Below, piece by piece: positions 59,748 through 64,000 of a stretch of 64,000 nt of DNA. Made by a program: the position numbers and the translations under genes. Numbering within the stretch: position 1 is the stretch's first letter; every line of letters begins with the position of its first letter. The DNA comes from an uncultured Gammaproteobacteria bacterium (GTDB lineage: Bacteria; Pseudomonadota; Gammaproteobacteria; Arenicellales; JAANXG01). The notes beneath the pieces are model-generated. The model did not search any database. It had not been told where the DNA came from and saw only the letters and a list, made by a program, of their open reading frames with translations. The DNA is taken from the NCBI GenBank assembly GCA_947259395.1, contig CAMYMN010000021.1, forward strand, positions 9,434-73,433. Direction: 5' to 3'.

Positions 59748-60890
59748 TTAGGGGTTCGTTTGCGCCGCGATCAGCCCATCCAATTCTTGTTTCAAGCGTG
59801 CCAAGATTTCGTCGTATTTGTAAGCGCCGATCTTCTTCCCGCCCCGTTTCAGATTGACATACTTCGGGCCGCACCAAAGTCCAAGATCGGCGTCATCGGT
59901 TTCGCCTGGCCCGTTGACGCGGCACCCCATCACCGCGATGGTAATCGCGTACTGCTGTGCATAATCAGTCATTGCCTTGACCTTTTGCGCGAGGTCAACA
60001 AAGGCTTCGTTTTCCACCCGGGAACAGCTTGGACAACTGATAATGTTTAATTTGTCACTATCGTAGCGAACCACGCTGCGTACGCGTCCGGCGTAGATAT
60101 CCTCTAGAATATCGTGGCCGACACGGACTTCATCGGCTTTGTCCACGTTGGGCAACGTAAGTGACACGCGCACGGTGTCACCGATACCCATGCCGATCAA
60201 TTGCTCAAAAGCGATGCGCGTCTTCACGACGCCGTCCGGCGGCATACCGGCCTCGGTGACCCCCAGATGCAGTGGGACGTCCGGCCGCTGCGCGGCAAAA
60301 CGGCGGTTGGCATCGATGACATGATTGGGATTCGAGTCTTTTAATGACACGCAATAGCGCCTAAAGCCGATTGCGTCGAGCCAATTGCAATGTTCCAGGG
60401 CGCTGTCTACCATCGGAGAAACGGCATCGTCGGCTGGATATTTATTCAGCTTTTCGGGATCGACGGATCCACAGTTCACCCCCACCCGTACGGCACAGTC
60501 GTTGGCGCCGGCAATATCCACCAGACACCGGACTTTGTCTTGCCAGGGCTTGGCTTTTTCGTGGTGGTACAAGTGCCCTGGGTTGTAGCGAATCTTTTCG
60601 ACGTAGGGCGCCACCAGTTCCGCCATGCGGTAGTTCTCCTGAAGATCCACCGACAGCGTGACGTCAGTCTGTTGTCGAATTGCCGTCAACGCAAAGGCAT
60701 CTTTGCGGTTGTCAACTGCGATACGCACAATGCCGGCACCGGCGGCAGCCAGGTCATTGGCCTGGGACACGGTGGCGTCGATATCCTGGGTGCGGGTAGC
60801 GCACATGCTCTGTACTACAATAGGGTGATGCGATCCAATCGTCACCTGCCCAATTGAAACGGAGCGTGTCGGATTGCGAGAGATGTGCAT
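59748..60890 (-). CDS. ispG: 4-hydroxy-3-methylbut-2-en-1-yl diphosphate synthase
   Basis: N-terminus [25 protein letters not shown], with Fe-S cysteines in CPSCSR and GCRVNGPGE; 380 aa. Confidence 0.9.
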   Translation of the reverse strand: MHISRNPTRSVSIGQVTIGSHHPIVVQSMCATRTQDIDATVSQANDLAAAGAGIVRIAVDNRKDAFALTAIRQQTDVTLSVDLQENYRMAELVAPYVEKIRYNPGHLYHHEKAKPWQDKVRCLVDIAGANDCAVRVGVNCGSVDPEKLNKYPADDAVSPMVDSALEHCNWLDAIGFRRYCVSLKDSNPNHVIDANRRFAAQRPDVPLHLGVTEAGMPPDGVVKTRIAFEQLIGMGIGDTVRVSLTLPNVDKADEVRVGHDILEDIYAGRVRSVVRYDSDKLNIISCPSCSRVENEAFVDLAQKVKAMTDYAQQYAITIAVMGCRVNGPGETDDADLGLWCGPKYVNLKRGGKKIGAYKYDEILARLKQELDGLIAAQTNP

Positions 60891-61029
60891 GGATTACATG
60901 ATGCGTTGGCTTTGCGGGGATCGTAAACTAATGGTTTCCACCGCCGGGCGCAACGGTTGGATGGCCGCAGGCGATAGCAACTCGGTGAAAATCCCAAGTT
61001 TATTGACAGATTAGATAAGACCGGCCACC

Positions 61030-62655
61030 GTGTCTAACCAAAGCAGAAGCCAATTACTCGCATTGTTGAGTAGTGGTGAACTCACCTCGGGAACGGTCCT
61101 GGGTGAACGCCTCAATATTTCCCGCGCGGCGGTGCACAAACATGTGCAGGCGCTGACGCGCCAAGGAGTCCCGATTCACCGCGTGCCGGGCCGTGGCTAT
61201 CGGTTGTCCCAAGATGTGCAATTACTCGACGCAACCCTGATCCGTGGTGGTCTGGATGCGGATATCACTAATCGTCTGAGTCAAATCACGGTATTGCAAC
61301 AAGTCGATTCGACCAATAATTGGTTGCTGAAGCGACAACCACAATCCAGCATTCATGGGCATGTGTGTGCCGCCGAGGCACAATCACGAGGTCGGGGCCG
61401 GCGCAGCCATGTTTGGGTGGCGTCTCCGTATCGCAATGTGATGTTTTCTATTGCGTGGGAATTCGCGGCTTGGCCCGAGTCCGTTACGGGACTTGGGTTG
61501 GCGGCTTCGGTGGCGGTGGTTCGGGCGTTGCATAGATTGTCTGTCACCGGTGTCGGGATCAAATGGCCCAATGATCTGCTTTTCGGCGGCGCGAAACTTG
61601 GCGGCATACTGATCGACATCAACGGTGAGTCCGCTGGAAAATGTCTAACTGTTATCGGGATCGGTATCAATGTGCACCTGGAGGAATCAGATGCCGGTCT
61701 CATTGGCCAACCGCACACGGATCTGAATAAAGTAACCGGAATGGTGACCGATCGGAACCACTTGATCGCGGTGTGCAGCTCCGAGCTAACGCGAATGCTG
61801 GGACGTTTTGGAGATCTTGGCTTTCAGGCTTTTAGGGCCGAGTGGGAGCGCATGCATGTGTATACCGGTCGCCGAGTCAGATTGGTTGGTGATCGAGGCG
61901 AGGTTTGTGGGCGTGTATCAGGTCTGTTGATTGACGTCGGTAATAACTACGTTAAGTGGGCGGCGGTGGACGACGATCGATGGGATGGTGGATATCGCAC
62001 CGCGATATCGGGCACGCCATCCAATTTGTTCGAATCATGTTGGGGTTATTTACCGGTGCCACGTAGAATTATGGTATCCAACGTACAAGGCGCGCAGTTC
62101 GAGTCGGACCTTGTGAAATGGTGTCAAAGCTACTGGAAGTTACGGCCACTGTTTCTCGAGTCCACGAGCACCGCGCACGGTATTGTCAATCATTACCATG
62201 ATCCCAAGCAGCTCGGACCAGACCGCTGGGCGGCGTTGATTGGCGCCCGTGCCCTCTCGGATGGTGCATTGGGGATCATCGATTGCGGCACCGCAATTAC
62301 CGTGGATGCGTTGAGTGCCGATAATGTGTTTTTGGGTGGCGCCATCCTGCCGGGATTGAGGTTAGCCCGTGACAGCCTGTTAACTAGCACGCGCGGCGTC
62401 AACGAAGGCGAGTCAAATCTTGTATCGGTGCTCGGGCGTTCCACGGCGGACTGTGTGGCCAGCGGTGTTTACTATGGATTAGCCGGCGGTATTGACCGGC
62501 TCGTGAATGAGATTGAAAAATCTCTGGTACAAGACCTAAGATTATATGTAACGGGTGGAGACGCGATACGCCTGCAGCCGCTGTTGACGGTGCATACCAT
62601 CCTGGAGCCCGAATTGGTGTTGAAAGGTTTGTCGGAAGTGCTGAATAGACTATGA
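61030..62655 (+). CDS. birA-coaX: Fused biotin-protein ligase/repressor BirA and type III pantothenate kinase CoaX (single 541-aa ORF)
   Basis: The BirA part has an HTH (GERLNISRAAVHKHVQAL), GRGRRSHVW and KWPNDL. From about aa 299 the ORF continues without a stop into the CoaX N-terminus LLIDVGNNYVKW, then GPDRW, IDCGTAITVD and GGAILPG. Confidence 0.75.
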   Translation: MSNQSRSQLLALLSSGELTSGTVLGERLNISRAAVHKHVQALTRQGVPIHRVPGRGYRLSQDVQLLDATLIRGGLDADITNRLSQITVLQQVDSTNNWLLKRQPQSSIHGHVCAAEAQSRGRGRRSHVWVASPYRNVMFSIAWEFAAWPESVTGLGLAASVAVVRALHRLSVTGVGIKWPNDLLFGGAKLGGILIDINGESAGKCLTVIGIGINVHLEESDAGLIGQPHTDLNKVTGMVTDRNHLIAVCSSELTRMLGRFGDLGFQAFRAEWERMHVYTGRRVRLVGDRGEVCGRVSGLLIDVGNNYVKWAAVDDDRWDGGYRTAISGTPSNLFESCWGYLPVPRRIMVSNVQGAQFESDLVKWCQSYWKLRPLFLESTSTAHGIVNHYHDPKQLGPDRWAALIGARALSDGALGIIDCGTAITVDALSADNVFLGGAILPGLRLARDSLLTSTRGVNEGESNLVSVLGRSTADCVASGVYYGLAGGIDRLVNEIEKSLVQDLRLYVTGGDAIRLQPLLTVHTILEPELVLKGLSEVLNRL

Positions 62656-63281
62656 AATGGTTTTTGGCATTGCTGGTGCTAGCTAATGTCGGTATGTATC
62701 TGTGGGCGACCGGCCACAAGACTACTCGCGTATCATCGGTTCTTGCCGCGGTGAACGCTGAGAGTATGAGACTACTCAGTGAGCTTCCTGCGGCGCGCAA
62801 CACGCGCAGTGCTGATTCTTGTTATCGCATCGGTCCGTTTTCCGATGAAAGTGGGTCCGTTAAAGCAGCGGAAACCCTCAACGAATTATTAATACCGTAC
62901 AAGGCATTGACTATCAAGAAACGTGATGTGCGTGCATATCGCGTATACCTCGGCCCATTCAGCAGCGCTGAGCAGATCGAGAGGCAACGAAACGTCCTGC
63001 GCAACAGCGGCATTAACGAGCACTACGTCAAGAGTGAACCAACGGCCCAAGATCTGATATCGCTAGGCCTGTTTTCCCAGCAGGCGAGGGCCGATCAGTT
63101 CATGCGCGAGTTGATCGACAAGGATGTCCGCGCGAAGACGCGCCCTGAGAACCGAACCCTGGGGCCGACCTATTGGTTGGAGCTTGACAATATCGAGTCG
63201 AATCCCGGAGTGCTGGGGGTCCTGCGTGAGACTCAGTGGGTGGGTGACCGCGCCCGATTGCGGGTTTTCCCCTGTAGTTAG
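62652..63281 (+). CDS. SPOR-domain-like protein with N-terminal TM anchor
   Basis: MKWFLALLVLANVGMYLW anchor and two SPOR-like repeats (YRIGPFSDESG..., YRVYLGPFSSAEQIERQRNVLRNSGI). The ATGA overlap with the coaX stop and the position before the tRNA cluster are typical. Confidence 0.6.
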   Translation: MKWFLALLVLANVGMYLWATGHKTTRVSSVLAAVNAESMRLLSELPAARNTRSADSCYRIGPFSDESGSVKAAETLNELLIPYKALTIKKRDVRAYRVYLGPFSSAEQIERQRNVLRNSGINEHYVKSEPTAQDLISLGLFSQQARADQFMRELIDKDVRAKTRPENRTLGPTYWLELDNIESNPGVLGVLRETQWVGDRARLRVFPCS

Positions 63282-63412
63282 TCAGGGAGATGCCGCCGTC
63301 GCGGCGCAATAAATGGACACAGGCGTGGGCTGGAGTGCTGCGGTGAGGAGGTAATTCTGGGAAGGTCGACTCGCAACCGGTTTCTTCCTACAATCCGCCC
63401 CCTGGTGGCGTG

Positions 63413-63485
63413 GCCCGCATAGCTCAGCTGGTAGAGCAGCTGATTTGTAATCAGCCGGTCGGGGGTTCGAGTCCCTCTGCGGGCT
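63413..63485 (+). tRNA. tRNA-Thr (anticodon UGU)
   Basis: Manual cloverleaf: acceptor GCCCGCA/TGCGGGC, D-arm AGCTCAGCTGGTAGAGC, anticodon arm GCTGA-TTTGTAA-TCAGC, T-arm GGGGG-TTCGAGT-CCCTC. CCA is not fully encoded (the sequence continues TCA). Confidence 0.9.
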
Positions 63486-63563
63486 CAGGATTGCGCCAAA
63501 AAACCGGTCGAATTTCATTGACAGTACCCTATCTTTTTTACGAAAATAGTGGGTTACGCTTTT

Positions 63564-63648
63564 GGAGGGGTTCCCGAGCGGTCAAAGGGATCAGACTGTA
63601 AATCTGACGGCTCAGCCTTCGGAGGTTCGAATCCTCCCCCCTCCACCA
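63564..63648 (+). tRNA. tRNA-Tyr (anticodon GUA)
   Basis: 85-nt class II tRNA: acceptor GGAGGGG/CCCCTCC, anticodon arm TCAGA-CTGTAAA-TCTGA, a long variable arm, T-loop TTCGAAT and an encoded CCA. Confidence 0.9.
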
Positions 63649-63755
63649 GTAAAGGGAGCTAACGCTGGAGACAATCGCCACCGAATGTGCATATGTGGTA
63701 GATGTTTGGGGCGGATGAAGGCTGAACTGCATACACTGGTTTTCGGTTGCTCAAT

Positions 63756-63829
63756 GCGGGTGTAGTTCAACGGTAGAACCTCAGCCTTCCAAGCTGATGA
63801 TGTGGGTTCGATTCCCATCACCCGCTCCA
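63756..63829 (+). tRNA. tRNA-Gly (anticodon UCC)
   Basis: Acceptor GCGGGTG/CACCCGC, anticodon arm TCAGC-CTTCCAA-GCTGA, T-loop TTCGATT and an encoded CCA. Confidence 0.9.
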
Positions 63830-63936
63830 ACACGTGCATGAGGACGAGGTCAGGTTTGGAAAATGGGGTCGGAGTCGATTTTTTGAAAACGTGGAACGGT
63901 TGGCCTGAAGAATTGACTCCGAAACCATTTTTGCGA

Positions 63937-64000
<64 letters not shown>

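Overview
The window reads as mostly core chromosome from a moderately GC-rich, Gammaproteobacteria-like chemolithoautotroph. Supporting genes are phosphoribulokinase, a YeeE/YedE sulfur-compound transporter, a DsrE-like protein, class II and dihaem c-type cytochromes, and PHA synthase. The 3' end has the classic birA-coaX-SPOR-tRNA(Thr-Tyr-Gly-Thr) arrangement that normally precedes tufB. I call about 58 protein genes: a polysaccharide locus edge, glcB, a c-di-GMP gene trio, cobB, a TelA/SPFH cassette, YceI-cytb561-YceI, glnS, phaC, two ABC systems, dusA, asmA, a GldAFG-like ABC-2 system, ilvD, a liv operon and ispG. There are also 4 tRNAs. I saw no integrase, transposase, phage gene, CRISPR array, toxin-antitoxin pair or recognisable defence island, so I do not claim a clear novel multi-gene system. 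The most interesting signals are: (1) a mosaic intergenic repeat family bounded by the inverted motif AACCCGCATATTGCACC, at five loci, one with a perfect 22-bp terminal inverted repeat; (2) a PspA-less XpaC-TelA-SPFH(GYF)-zinc-ribbon cassette; (3) an orphan HerA/FtsK-like ATPase; (4) an HD-GYP/EAL/HD-GYP trio; (5) YeeE translationally coupled to an acidic repeat protein instead of a TusA/YeeD partner; (6) an ABC importer operon ending in a sulfotransferase; and (7) a BirA-CoaX fusion that lacks the BirA C-terminal strands. All family calls rest on motif recognition by eye, with no database searches.
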